NCBI RefSeq assembly: GCF_006345805.1
Contig: NC_043005.1
Span: forward strand, 52,204,001 to 52,268,000
DNA from: Octopus sinensis
Lineage: Eukaryota
DNA: 64,000 nucleotides
Direction: 5' to 3'
In this document: one piece after another, positions 24,799 to 38,653 of the stretch
Position numbering within the stretch: position 1 is the stretch's first letter
Layout: every line of letters begins with the position of its first letter
Notes under the pieces: model-generated
The model's input: only the letters and a program-made list of their open reading frames with translations
Databases searched by the model: none
What the model was told of the DNA's origin: nothing
Made by a program: the position numbers and the translations under genes

Positions 24799-25185
24799 TG
24801 TATGTATGTATGTATGTATGTATATATGTATACGTAAAGGTGTTTGTGTTCTTGTCTAGGTCTCTCACGACACAACAGAGCTGACTTCCTTACATCTTCT
24901 TAGCCAGCGGTTCAGAAAGATGAAACCTATAAGATGATTATCCAGATCGATCTGGAGGATAAATTCATTTTAGGATAATATCCAAGGAATGCATTTTTCA
25001 TATGTATTTTATTATTTTAACTCACTATATTTTTCGTATATATCTTTTTTCTCCACACTTGAATTAATACTAGCTCTACATCTGTAAATAAAACAGTATA
25101 AACGTTGTATTATGAATTCCATTACTTGCCTGAGTAAGTGGTCTCATAAAAATTTCTGGGACTAATGGTATAAAAAGAATAACAG

Positions 25186-25580
25186 CTTCAAATTTTGCCA
25201 CTATGCAAGCAAGTTCAGAGGCGGGGATAAGTCGTTAGCATCGACCCCAGTGCTCAGCAGGTACTTATTTTATCGATCCCGAAAGGATGAAAAGCAAAGC
25301 TGGCCTCTGTGGAATTTGAACTCGGAATGTAAAGACGGACGAATACCTATTTCTTTACTACCCACAAGGGGCTAAACACAGAGGGGACGAACAAGGACAG
25401 ACAAACGGATTAAGTCGATTATATGAACCCCATTGCGTAACTGGTACTTATTTAATCGACCCCGAAAGGATGAAAGGCAAAGCTGACCTCGGCGGAATTT
25501 GAACTCAGAACGTAGTGGCAGACGAAATGCCACTAAGAATTTTGCCCGGTCTGCTAACGATTCGGCAAGCTCGCCGCCTT
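25186..25580 (-). mobile_element. SINE family B composite: head, a 184-bp long-tail unit (25348-25531), then a short-tail unit
   Basis: On minus the junction reads GTAGTAAAGAAATA|GGTATTCGTCCG, the same junction as in 50806-51395. Confidence 0.85.
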
Positions 25581-25620
25581 TGTTATAGAAAGACTATTAC
25601 AACTCATATTAATGCGGCAT

Positions 25621-26130
25621 TCAATCTCCTTTGACATAATCCCCTTCGGAAGACAAATTTTTATCCAGCGTCGTTTCTATTGGTGGAAGCATTCCGGGAA
25701 TTTCTTTTTGTGATAGCGAGCAACTGCCTCCTCGCATTCCTTTGGATTTCCTTGGCGTCTTGAAATCTTGTTCCTTTCTAGTGCAATTTGAGTTTTGGAT
25801 ACAGGGAACATTCGCACCGGACGATATCTTGGGAGTATGGTAGTTGTCGGTCGTGGAATATGTTGTGCTTGGCACAAAACCTGCTGCACCAGTTGCTCTG
25901 AATGGGCAGCTGCACTACCATGGTGGAGTTACTACTCGCCGGACGCATACAATTCTGTTCTTTTCCGGCAAACAGTATCTCACAAACCACGCAACATGTC
26001 ATGGTAGTACTCCTTGTTACTGCCTGTCCAGGTGGAGTATACTTGTGATAAACAATGCCCTTGTAACCAATCTTGTTGGTCAACTGAAAGCAGTTTTGGC
26101 TCAAACTCGGAAGACACGCACTTACATGTA
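25621..26130 (-). mobile_element. Internally deleted mariner remnant
   Basis: VSSEFEPKLLSVDQQ / YKGIVYHKYTPPGQAV / NKEYYHDMLR...RKRTEL...LHH...AAAHS / AKHNI...PYSQDIVRC...KGTRFQD...SEGDYVKGD*. Confidence 0.8.
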
Positions 26131-26175
26131 TAATACCAACTGATACAGTAAAGCTGTCATTTAGACTGTATGGAA

Positions 26176-26428
26176 CAGTAGTTCTTAACTAGGGTCCATA
26201 TAACTTTTGAGGATACATATAAGATTTTGTTGTTAAAATCCATCTGGGATAAACAGGTTATACTTCTAGAATAGACAAAATATATAAACAATATTTTATA
26301 CAATTCCTAGTAGTGTTTAATTATTAAAATATACCATGGTCCTTTGAACATCGAATGACTATGAGGGTCCAGCCGACAACAATAGGAATCAAGGGGGTTC
26401 ATAGGTAAAAGACGATTGAGAATTGCTG
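26176..26428. mobile_element. hAT-type MITE, 253 bp
   Basis: Ends CAGTAGTTCTTAAC / reverse complement CAGCAATTCTCAAT; 8-bp target duplication GTATGGAA (26168-75) vs GTATAGAA (26429-36). Confidence 0.75.
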
Positions 26429-27234
26429 GTATAGAAACAATAAACTTCTTTCGTGTTTTATTCTCGTTCCATAAATTGTACTTTTGCTCACAAACACACT
26501 GAAACACACACACATGTATACTCACATGCACAGACGCGCAGATACAGGCAAAGACACACACATACACATACACACACAGACACACACACACATACATACA
26601 CATATTATATCTAAAAAAAGAACATTCTACTCGAAGTTTCGCTCATGGCAGACCGCAGCTTTCGAAATGCGGAACAGCACTCTTAAGTGGACTGCCACAT
26701 TTTGAAATAAATATATCTGCCGACTCAACCGAACTCGTTGATAACTATATCAGATAATATTTGCACTATGTAAAATATATATTTATATATATTTTACAAC
26801 ACTTACATTAATACACGTATATATTTTTATAATCCTATAATTTCACCAGAATCGCTTTTATGTATAAGTATTCCTCGGTTTAGTGATATTGAAATTGTTT
26901 AGGCTTTTATATGTAAATGCAATTCTGAAGTTTTCATTTTGAATGTGTAATAATACAGCCTTTATATCTTTTATAGGAGGGTATCACTTTTATATGGTTT
27001 TATAATGTAGTTCAGTGAATAAATGTATTGTAAGTCTTATGATATATGTCTATTGATATATGTTCATATTTATATTTCTTTTATGTACTTCCATCCGTGG
27101 ATCTGTTAATATTCATGTATATGTTTAAGTATGCATATATCTATATAATTTTATCTATCTTCTAAATATCTATCTATCTGCACACGCTCATATAAATGCT
27201 TGTATACGTATGTATGTATATGTCTGTGTATATG

Positions 27235-27322
<88 letters not shown>

Positions 27323-27514
27323 CATATACACACACACATATGTGTAATGTGTATATGATAGAAGGTAGATAAATAGATATGTATAGAGACGCGTAGATCA
27401 CTATGTGGCTATATACGACAATTTAGAAAAGTACTCAATTCATATATTTATGTGAATGTTATTTTTTCATAGTTAAATATTTGCTTTCGTATTTTTATCC
27501 CCTGAACATCTGAT

Positions 27515-27663
27515 GCATTTGTAGAAATAAAGGAAAGAACGAAAAGCAACGTGGAATGCAGTGTTTTACTCAAGTACACAATACGCTGCACGACCTGAGA
27601 ATCGAATCCATGGTCTGGCGAACGTGAGTGTAACAGCCTAACAACTAGGCCACCCATCTTCAC
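27515..27663 (-). mobile_element. SINE family C head fragment
   Basis: Minus strand GTGAAGATGGGTGGCCTAGTTGTTAGG...GATTCGATTCTCAGGTC...TACTTGAGTAAAACACT. Confidence 0.6.
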
Positions 27664-27850
27664 AGTGTATTCACCGTGTATTGTTTAGAGCTAATTATAA
27701 AAATTTATTTGGTAAATGACAAGAGCTTCTTCAGACCTGAAACTTTAAGAAAATACATGGGACCATACAAAATAAATAGGTTTCAAAAGGAATAAAGAAA
27801 CCTCCATTCCATGCTGTAGAGATTGAATTAACATATATCTTATTTTATCT

Positions 27851-28010
27851 TCTCTTATCTAGTTTCATCTCACGACCTGTGGCCATGCTAGGGCACCGCC
27901 ATTCGGTGATGCTACATGATTTTACTTCACGAATACTTTTTAGCAATTGACATTTGGTGCATGAGAGAGTTTGATGCAGCTGCCCTCATCTGCACCTCCT
28001 GGGACACCTG
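27851..28010 (-). repeat. Repeat family E 3' fragment (homologue of 44050-44190)
   Basis: GCAGATGAGGGCAGCTGCATC..ACTCTCTCATGCACCAAATG shared; ends in the GCATGGCCACAG...TGAAACTAG tail. Confidence 0.75.
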
Positions 28011-28876
28011 ACAGGACATATATCTTCAAATTTACAAAACAAACAATTTCAAAGCAGTAAAAGACATGAATTTATCTGTTGCTATAACACATATTTGCGA
28101 TATGGTAAATTTCCAAACTTGGTCTGTCAGGGATAGGTGTTTCTTTGTTTGTTTTTTAACTGGCATCACAGTTAATATTGGGGTCTAAATAAAAATTGTA
28201 GGAGAATAGATGATGGGAGGAAACTCGGACGCAATACATAAGAGGTGTATTCGTTAGAAGTTCCAGCCGAGATTTAAAATTTTACTTAAATTAATGGAAT
28301 GCTATCACAGAATTTACTTAACATTTGAAATAATAGATCGGACAGTAGTTGCAGAAAATCAGTTCCACAAGGGGTATTTCATTGTCCAAATAAGAAAATG
28401 TATAGATGACCGTTCAATAAAAGTCAGCATTAATTCGGATTCTCGGGCAAGCTCACCGTTAATGTAAACGCATCCGAATAATCGTGTGTGTTATTTGCGT
28501 TTGTGAATCATGCGATATTGCAAATCTCAGGCAAGTGACATTACATACACATACAAACATACAGACACTCACACACACAAAAGCTCAGGCATACACACAC
28601 ACGTATACACGCAACCATTCACACATACACGCACAAAGTCAAAAATAACTTATACACATACACACACGTATATATATATATATATATATATGAATATTAC
28701 ATACCTATACAAAAATATATAGGTATATACACATATGTAGCTTATAATGACATAGGAATGTATAGATTTACAGTTGTTTGAACGAATGCTATATAAAAAA
28801 TTATTCATCTGCATGTGTTTACTATCGTATATGATGAGTTTTAGACTTGTACACACACACACACATGTATGTATAT

Positions 28877-28933
<57 letters not shown>

Positions 28934-29024
28934 TTAGGAATACACATATATGTGTGTAATTATGTATATATTAATACGTATCTTTAGTAATCCATGTATA
29001 TATATATGTGTGTGTGTGTGTGTA

Positions 29025-29057
<33 letters not shown>

Positions 29058-31814
29058 GGTTTTGTGCGTATATCTTTATATGTATCATGTACATGTAAAT
29101 ATTTACATTTATATATATATATATGTGTGTGTGTGCGTGTGTGTATGATTATACTTATATGAATATACACATACATGATTATAGATATATAGATATATGC
29201 ATTATTTTAATCTATATACATACACACATACACAAACATACACACAAATACATAAGAATATGTTTAGATATCTTTCATACAGTCATGTTTTGCTTTATAT
29301 ATGTGTACATGAGGGTGTATGTACATATATATAGATACATATTTATATATACATATGTATTTTCATGTATATGTGTACAATATATACATATTTAAATGCA
29401 TCTGTAATTGTACATGTATATATACATATTCATATGTAAACGCACGCACACTCTCACACACGCACACACAAGCATAATCACATATATTGGGTAAATCATT
29501 ACCGTTAATTTGACACGCTTATCCATGTAAACATATTATAGAGGCAGACCAGACAACTTAATATATCACCTGCATTGATTTGTCAGACTGTCAAATATGA
29601 TTATCGCATTTCTTCTAACACATAATTTGATTTCTAATAACTATATGAAGCTGATGAACATGATGATAGTGTTAGCAGTAATAATAACAGAAAAAAAATG
29701 ACAAATGACACTAAATTAAGTGAATCCTTCGAGCAACCAACCGTTATACTGTGTTTGAAATCTCAGTTGACGTTTTATCTATAATCTATTCTGAAGACAT
29801 AAAAATACTATTTTTTCGCTTAACCATGATGAAGTGATTAAGGATTACGTATCACATATATGCTAATTATGGAGACGGGGTTAAGAATTACGTATCATGC
29901 CTATGTGATTTTGGTGTCCGAGTACCTCCGTACGACACTGCATAAGCGTTTGTCGTTAAGGGAAAACTCGCTAACAATTTACCCTGATGATGGAAAAGAT
30001 GTTGCTGTACAGGTAAGCTACTTTATCTTTGAAAATGGGACCGATGTGCATTCGGCTGCCTATTAAGTAGCGATCGGTGACTCCGTCGAAGTCTTTGAAT
30101 CGACTATAGATTATATTGATTCAAGACGACGGATCCAGCACTTCGGCTATAATTTTGAACTCGTTATGCAGTAAAATTATGAGACTGAAATTACAGATAG
30201 CGTTCCTCTTCTGGGCGTCCTTGCTCTGTAGTACCACCATTCCTCAGACCACACAACTAACAATGTTCCCAGTGCGAGACCATTTAAATTCGGCGAATTT
30301 ACTTTCGCATATCCAATAGTGTCCCCCAAATGTAAGAGGCTTTCATTATCTTTAGCCGTACAGATTTGGCAATATACGCGACATACTGCGATATACGAGA
30401 CATTTGCTTCCGGCAAACAGTCGAGCAAAGTGTTGCTGAAAGACTGCTCACGTCTGCCTGAATTCGAACAGTATACACCCACCATAGTCCATGGAGGAAA
30501 GAATTCTGGCTTTGTTGCCAAGTTGATAGCTTACCACACGTTCCATAGGACTGCATTTGCTCCTTCCTCTATTACAGAATACATTTGAGCTAATACCACA
30601 CACCCGTCGTGTTTCGTGTCGACGTAATTGCCTAGTCCTATGATTTTGTTCTATGGTTTCCTATCATCGATGAACTGAGGGTTTATAACTGTAGCAACTG
30701 AGCGAGGGTTTATAACTGTAGAACTGAATTTCCCGGTTCGTTAAAGATCTTCTGCAGCATTGCGTATCCTTGTAAATTAAAAAGTCCTTTAGGCTATTGA
30801 AAATATCTTTAAAATATCTCTTATTATCACCAAAGTCTGATGTTTTGTCTAGAGTATATAGTTATTTATTTTACATTTGTATATTTTCCGATCACTGTAT
30901 CATCTCAGCCTTCTCTATGCAGAGATATGCGTTTTTTGTACGTAATAAAGATACTCCGCTTTGTTATCTGCGTGATGCTGCTTCTGTTGTCGCTCTTGAT
31001 GTTGTGGTTTACTGTGATTTTACCGGTCTGACCGCGAGTGTACGAGTCTCAGGTAAGTGATCCTACCTGATATGTTACACCTGCAGCTTCTTTTCTCTGT
31101 TACAACATACAAACAGTTGGTTTCCGTTTGACAACTACATATAGCCAAAGGTATGTTTAGATTTTTGTGTAACCTGCATGCCGAGATTTAGATACCAATC
31201 TCGACCTGTTTTCTTACGTAAACCCTTATATTCTAGTAACATTACTTGTCTTTCTGACATCCCTACTGCTGACACCCACAACATATTTACCTCCATTTGT
31301 ACATCTTGTTATTCTCCACTCCTCCACGTGGAATCAGTGTACACCCTTCCAGTGACTTTAACTGTGATTTAATTTTCACAGTCTCAATGTCTTATGAGAC
31401 TGACGAAATCAAAGTTACCGCCGATACACCCAAGTATTTCTCTGCCTGGGTTCGCGTAGGGTTGTCCGTCTGCTAGCTTACCGATTAGTTTGCCAGTACG
31501 CTTGGTCAAACATGTTTACATAGTCCTCAAATCCTATTTTATTCTGTTATTCTCAGACTCTTTTCCAGAACTAGTTTTAAAAAACACTTCTAATTTCATT
31601 TTAGTAGACACTGTATTGAGTTGTATGTTGTTAATAACTATATTTCAATAGACGTTTATTTTCGAAGGAGATTACTTGAAATAACGCTTTCCCCAATTAC
31701 TTTAATTATAAATCTACTCTTTAGTGCCGATAATCTTCTTTCTTTTGGTTTCCAATGTCTCCAAGCGTGTTTATTTATTCATTATGCTAAGCACACATAA
31801 ACACTCAAATACAA

Positions 31815-32110
31815 ACGGTTAGGGTATTTTGCTCATGATCGTAAGGTCATGAGGTCGATTCCCGACGGCACGTTGCGTCCTGGGGCAAGGCACTTTATTT
31901 CACGTTGTTTTGGTCTTCTCAGCTGGCAATAATGAGTTAACCTGTAATTCAAAGAGCCACCCTCGTATCAAATTCTGTCATGCTGAATACCCTTGGGCAG
32001 TGCGTTAAGGGTAAGAGTGTCTATGTAGTGCTCAGCTAATTGCACGTTAATTTCACAAGCAGGTTGTTCCGTTGACCCAATGAACTGAAAATCTTGTCGT
32101 CGTAACCGAC
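31815..32110 (+). mobile_element. Decayed SINE family C-like copy
   Basis: GGTTAGGGTATTTTGCTCATGATCGTAAGG...GATTCCC...GGGGCAAGGCACTTTATTTCACGTTG. Confidence 0.6.
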
Positions 32111-32333
32111 TATTCTTATTTATTTTATACGTTTATCTAGAAACTTATTCGATACTTAAATCTTTCTAACTTATTTTGGTAATCTCTTTCTATTATAATC
32201 CATCACCTATTTAACGTGAGAATTTCTGTTGCTGAGGAAGAACAATGCAATGCTAGTGCTCATTTGTACGGTATACAAGTATAAATTGGGACAAGGAACA
32301 GCCATATCCTTGCTACATACATTCATGATGACA

Positions 32334-32550
32334 ATGGCAGCGAGCTGGGAGAATCGTTAGCACACCGGACAAAATGCTTCGCGGCATTTCTTCTGGCTTT
32401 ACGTTCTGAGTTCAAATTCCACCGAGGTTTAATTTCCCTTTGATCCTTTCAAGGCTGATGAATTAAACCAGTTGAGTATTAGGGTTGATGGAATTGGCAT
32501 GCCACCTCTCCTCGAAGTTTCTGTCCTTGTTCCAAAATGAAAGAATATTA
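32334..32550 (+). mobile_element. SINE family B, decayed
   Basis: GGCAGCGAGCTGGGAGAATCGTTAGCAC...GTTCTGAGTTCAAATTCC. Confidence 0.75.
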
Positions 32551-32899
32551 CTCCTGTTGACTGCATATAACCTGATAATAGCTCAATGAAATAAAATATA
32601 TATTTACTTCGAAAAATAATCTTTTATATTTATTGTTAGTATTATTTCTGCCGGGGACGGGGGTGGGTGGATTAGCAGAATTAGTAGAGTGTCGTACATA
32701 ATGCCATGCGGTATCTCTTCCGGCTTTTTACGAACAGTATGAAAGTCACTCCATCGTTATCTTTCCATTACAATCTTCCAGTAAAATCGACTGTTCCCTT
32801 CCAACCGAATATGAAACCGCTTCTAGTTACTGAGAACTTGTGTCAACATAAGAAACCAATATCATTCCCGTACATATTGGAAGAATTTTCATAGAGTGG

Positions 32900-33150
32900 G
32901 GCAAAATATTTGAAAGAACTCTTGCAAAAGTTTGCCAGTACTCTGGTCCCATGTTTCATCGTGTGTGATAAATATGCCGAAAAAGTCCTCCTTGTTTTCT
33001 TGGCACATTGCCAATAGGCAACCATGCAAACCTCAACGGACATCTCTTTCTAACCTGCCTACATTCAGTAGTTAATTTTTTTATATTCCGAATCAGTATA
33101 TAATTCAATCCATTGTCTACTGACCACTGTGTAGAAAAGCATCTTACGTA
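32900..33150 (-). mobile_element. Very old mariner-like remnant
   Basis: Minus frame QENKEDFFGIFITHDETW resembles the IVTGDETW first catalytic motif. Confidence 0.4.
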
Positions 33151-33339
33151 GTTCATTAGTTATTCTATAATCTTACAAGTAAACTGCTGTATGGTCATTT
33201 TCCAGATTAAAATAGCACCCAGATTTTTCTCATATCACTGTTTACGGACTTAAAGAAAATGAAATGCTATGTTTGACTATGTAATTCCGGTGTGTATGTA
33301 ACGGTTTTTCCTGATTATTTTGCTAAGTCATCATTCAAC

Positions 33340-33660
33340 ATCATCATTCAACATGTTCATTCTCAGTCATGTTCTTCCCACTATATGGTGAATGCCTCCC
33401 CATGTTGGTGTCAATGGCTTCTATCCTGTGTTTCTCTTATCCACGTAACGTCTACACATTCATCGATTTCGTCTTCCCATTTTTCTTCTGTCCTTCCTCC
33501 TAAGTACGTGGATCTATGGCAGCCATTGTATGTACATTTTAATGTCTCTTCTCATTTGATCGGGTCACATGACCTGCTCAACTTCCAATATCTTTCGCTT
33601 AACGTTTTACAGTGTCTTGCTCTTTCCTTAGCACTCTTAATAAGTGACAAGTTACCTTGT
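33340..33660 (-). mobile_element. RTE-clade LINE 3' end fragment
   Basis: Minus frames *AGHVTRSNE and QWLP*...RRKWEDEI...WIRETQDRSH*...EAFTI*W, followed by an ATG-type repeat tail. Confidence 0.7.
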
Positions 33661-34148
33661 TACTTTTACTTATTGTTAACATACATCTACTCAAATTTCT
33701 TTCTGTTGATCAAATGTTCTGCTCTGCGTTTTCAGTCACCACCTATATCTTCGATAAGTATAGGAAAGTTTACACTTCACTGTTGACTTCAGGAGTAGTT
33801 AAATAAATGTTCGAAGTTGCATATTGCACTTAACTGTAAAAAATTAAAATTATATATCGGCTTTACAATAGGCAGATAATGATAGAAAAAAATGATAAAG
33901 AAGAATGAGAACTTGCCAAAATAGTGATGAAGGAATCACTGTGTAAAAGTATAAACTACATCGTTTGGCGTAGAAAAATAATGTTTAATAAATAAACAAT
34001 TCAGTAAGATCATTGCGGGCATGGCTGTGTAGTAATGAGTTTGCTTCCCAACCACGGGTTCAGTCCCGCTGCCTAGCACTTTGGGTTAATGCTTTCTTCG
34101 ATAACTTCACAGCGACCAAATATTGTTATCATTTTCTTATTCCAAAAC

Positions 34149-34356
34149 GGAGAGCTGGCAGAATCGTTAACACGCCAGGCAAAATGCTTAGCGGCATTTC
34201 GTTCGTCTTTACGCTCTGAGTTCAAATTCTGCCAAAGTTGACTTTGCCTTTTATCCTTTCGGGGTGGATAAAATACGAACGAGTTGAGGACTGGGGTCGA
34301 TATAATTGACTTACACCCTGCCCCAAATTTTCTTGTCTTGTATCAAAATTTGAAAC
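34149..34356 (+). mobile_element. SINE family B, preceded by a SINE A head remnant at about 34015-34110
   Basis: GGAGAGCTGGCAGAATCGTTAAC...GGGGTCGATATAATTGAC...AAAATTTGAAAC. Confidence 0.8.
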
Positions 34357-36152
34357 TCTCATTTCTTTACCTCATGAACAGATCTAGTTACACTTGGCAT
34401 TTTATTAACGGACTGTGGTGTAACTATTAATTTTGCATGGATAGCGTCTGAAAATATTACTATGTATTAATTCAATTGCTGGGACTTCGACAGAAATATT
34501 TACTTTACACAAATAGCGAAAATTTATTACTTTATCTAACCAAATACTTGAGCTTAGAAGTAGACATTTCAAACTACCAAGAAACACTGCTGTATTTTTC
34601 TGAAGTACAAAACAGACTTTTTTCAACATGGCGGCGAAATATGCTTTTCTTATCTTAAACGGGAACGAGAACAGTATTAACCTATACACCTGTATGTGTA
34701 ATTAAACAATATTTCGTGTAATAACTGCAATACACATTTGTTCGGTTCATGGAAAACAGAATATGTATAATAGATTTTATTGTATCGTTTCGATTATCAG
34801 TATTCTCATAGGCATAAAAACCATAATCAATACAAGTGAGACGTGAACATTAGAACGTCGCACTTACGACTAGGTGCCATCGCTTATCTAGATCGATGTT
34901 GTACTGTATGTACTAAATAACCGATCCTAGAATTGCTCAGAAATCAACTTGACCGAATAATTCTGGAGACTAATAGTCTGAAACAAATTTAAATTAAATA
35001 AGGGAAACGTTAATGTTGTAGTTGAAATTATGTTTTCATGTCTGCAAAATCGTTTGTCTCGAGAATATTAACTTCTGTTCCAATCACTCTGCACCGAAGA
35101 AAGGTTATAATAGGCTTGTTCTTTCTAGTAGTCAGAATAAGTAAGAACATATTCTTGGTGAGTTATCGTTATTTGTTGTGTTTCAGGTGTGATTTATTAG
35201 ATTACGTTTATTCGTTGTTCAAGGTGTCCAAGATTTCTCTGTTGAGTTCATATTAATTTACACTTCAAGTGCTAACTACATGATTAAACATTTGTGGAGT
35301 TATGTAGAGATAGAAAAAGAAATATCTATAAGAACATTTTATGGCCTTTTATTAATATTGGTTTGGAATATTGTATTAAATGGCTGTATTGATGTTGTTA
35401 AAATATTTATGTATAAAACGCATGAACGTAAAATTAAGTTAGTGTGAGAAAATTTCACTTTCATTACCAGTTTTCATTTTTTTTCTTTTTTGTAAGTTTT
35501 TGTTTTCTCTGCAAGCTTGCAAAGATTTCGCCGTTGTTAGGAATTCAACAATAAAATATATTACAGATATAATATAAAGCCACAGAACTTCACAAGGCAA
35601 GACATTTTTTTATCAAAAAATAGTTTAAATTGAGCATTACAAATGAGAAAAAGGAAGTCGAAAATGTGTGCTTAGAACTTTATGTATAAGGGATAATTTC
35701 GAAAATAAGTGCTCAAGGAAGTTAAAAAAATATTACACTGAATTGTGTAAACACGAACAAAATATATTTCTCTATTTTCAATTTATTCATAAACTCTGTG
35801 ATGTATGGGTTTTGAAGACAGAAAATAAGCCTTTTTCTCTGAACCTTAGCGTGTTACATTAAACAAGATTAATTTGGTATAACAATTTTGTCAAATATCT
35901 TTACAAAAGATCCTGTAATATACAGTTTTTATTGGCATAAACATATATATATATGCCTAGTTGATAAAGTTAAAAGAACAATTATGTTTCGCTAAAAGTG
36001 TATACTTATATTTCAGAGTTAACAAATGAAATGCAAGGGTTCCAGTTTCATGCCAGTTTTAATATCAGATTTCAAAACTAGTGCAAATTTTATGTAGATT
36101 TTATAGTTTGTACATCAAAATATTACCCCATACACCACATAGCATATATATA

Positions 36153-36206
<54 letters not shown>

Positions 36207-36217
36207 TATATATATAT

Positions 36218-36254
<37 letters not shown>

Positions 36255-36394
36255 GTATATATATATATATATTATATATATAATATATATATATATATAT
36301 GTATATGTGTATATAGGTGTGTGTGTTTGTGTATATGGATGTATGTACCTATGTATGCATGTATGTGTATATATGTATATGTATATATATATAT

Positions 36395-36775
36395 ACTCTT
36401 TTACTTGTTTCAGTCATTTGACTGCGGCCATGCTGGAGCACCGCCTTTAATTGAGCAACTCGACCCCGGGACTTATTCTTTTGTAAGCCCAGTACTTATT
36501 CTATCTGTATCTTTTGCCGAACCGCTAAGTGACGGGGACATCGGTTGTCAAGCAAGGCTAGGGGGACAAACACACTCACACAAACACACACACGCATATA
36601 TATATATAGATATATACGACGGGCTTCTTTCAGTTTCCGTCTACCAAATCCACTCACAAGGCTTTGGTCGGTCCGAGGCTATAGTAGAAGACACATGCCC
36701 AAGGTGCCACGCAATGGGACTGAACCCGGAACCATGTGTCTGGTAAACAAGCTACTTACCACACAGCCACTCCTG
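36395..36775 (-). mobile_element. SINE family A, near full length
   Basis: Collinear homology with the other copies. Confidence 0.9.
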
Positions 36776-37835
36776 TATATATATATATACTCAACAAAAC
36801 AGATTTTATATAAAATTGTTCTGATAGACATTCCATACATCGACTGCAGGTAGTTATAATTTCGGCGTCTTTCGATAATACTGTTACTCAGAGGGATAAT
36901 GAGGATTATTGACCATACCACAAAGCCCCCACATCAAATCATATTTTTGTCCTCTTGTTATCCATGCAACAACCACCACTGCCGCCACATGCAAACACCT
37001 CCCTCATAGAGGAACCATTTTGTTTTATGAATTAATTTGATAGTTTTGTTTTTTCTCTTACATACTTCTACCACAGCCGTGGTACACATTAGCAAGAAGT
37101 CAGTGAGTTTGCGGCTTGAGATTTTGAGGTTCTAGTTCACGTCGGTGATTATCTTGTCCAGAATTTATTCTAAAATTTAACTTGCATTTTGTTCTATCAA
37201 AGCTAGAAGGATGAAAAGCAAAGTGACCCAGACTTTCTGCAGAAGCTTTTGGAATTACAGTTTAGGCGCCAAGGATACTTGTATCGAAAGAGAAGGCAAA
37301 GGCACACTTCACAAAACATATTTTACCACTCTCATATGTTATATCTTCCGAATACTTCAATAGTAAAGTTAGTGTCAACCATATCTTTATTAGTTAATTT
37401 TTATCGCAGACATATGAAATGCCTACATGTACATTGTGCGTACGTTTACAGACGTAGACACAAGGCATATATAAAATGGCTTTTTGCTACTTCTTGTAGA
37501 TGTAAGTAAAATGCAACGCATATTTCTGTGTATTGATTTGCTCAATATTATTTCGAAACAATGTGCCATTCCTTATTGATATTTCTAATATATTGAACAT
37601 TAAAAACATAATCAGAAATAATTTTTCTGTGTGGCATAAAAGCAATGTTAGCTGAATGACAATTGACACTTTAATTGATACAGCAAGTATTTAGACAACT
37701 CTGGCTAGTCAATTACAGACTTCACTATACTGAGAATCCTTAAGTAAATATACAAAATTGTACACGTGTAGGGATAAACATTTTCATGTTTCAGAGAATA
37801 AATTTGATTTAAATTAGGTTCAGAGAATAAATAAT

Positions 37836-38048
37836 CTTTTCTACTCTAGGCACAAGACCCGAAATTTTGGGGGAAGGGGACCAGTCGATTAGATGGACCC
37901 CAGTACGCAACTGGTACTTCATTTATCGACCCCGAGATGATCAAAGCAAAGTCGACCACGGCGAAATTTGAACTCAAAATGTAAAGACAGACGAAATACC
38001 GATAAGCATTTCGCCCGGTTTGCTAACGATTCTGTCTGCTCGCTGCCC
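37836..38048 (-). mobile_element. SINE family B with a 17-bp target-site duplication
   Basis: TTCAGAGAATAAATAAT (37819-37835) vs TTCAGAGGATAAATAAT (38049-38065). Confidence 0.85.
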
Positions 38049-38226
38049 TTCAGAGGATAAATAATGCCACATACCAGTCATGCACTTTGATTTATCGTAA
38101 TTTAATCTGCCTGTAAAACATACCGAGGTTAACGATGAAGCCATTACGTGGTTGCACAAGCTGACTAAAATATCAGCCAAATCTCCCTCAAATTCGATGT
38201 TTACTCCATCGAAATATGGAAATGAT

Positions 38227-38653
38227 ACTCTTTACTCTCTTTTACTTTTTTTTTACTTGTTTCAGTCATTTGACTGTGGCCATGCTGGAGCACTGCCTTT
38301 AGTCGAACAAATCGACCCCAGGACTTTTTTTTGAAAGATTAGTACTTATTCTATCGGCCTCTTTTGCCGAACTGCTAATTTACGGGGACGTAACACACCA
38401 GCATCGTTTGTCAAGCGATGTTGGAGGGGGGCAAACAGACACACAAACGTATACACACACACATGCATATATATATATACACATATATGACGGGATTCTT
38501 TCAGTTTCCGTCTAACAAATCTACTCACAAGGCCTTGGTCGGCCCGAGGCTATAGTAGAAGACACTTGCCCAAGGTGCCACGCAGTGGGACTGAACCCGG
38601 AACCATGTGTCTGGTAAGCAAGCTACTTATCACACAGCCACTCCTACGCCTAT
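38227..38653 (-). mobile_element. SINE family A, full length
   Basis: Collinear homology. Confidence 0.9.

Noticed and set aside
25844-26143. ORF listed on the minus strand (MSVVEYVV...)
   Set aside because: The peptide reads from the plus strand (TTG TCG GTC GTG at 25844), so the strand label looks wrong; it is the antisense frame of a mariner remnant
33292-33786. 164-aa plus-strand ORF
   Set aside because: Antisense to the RTE 3' fragment; no recognisable domain
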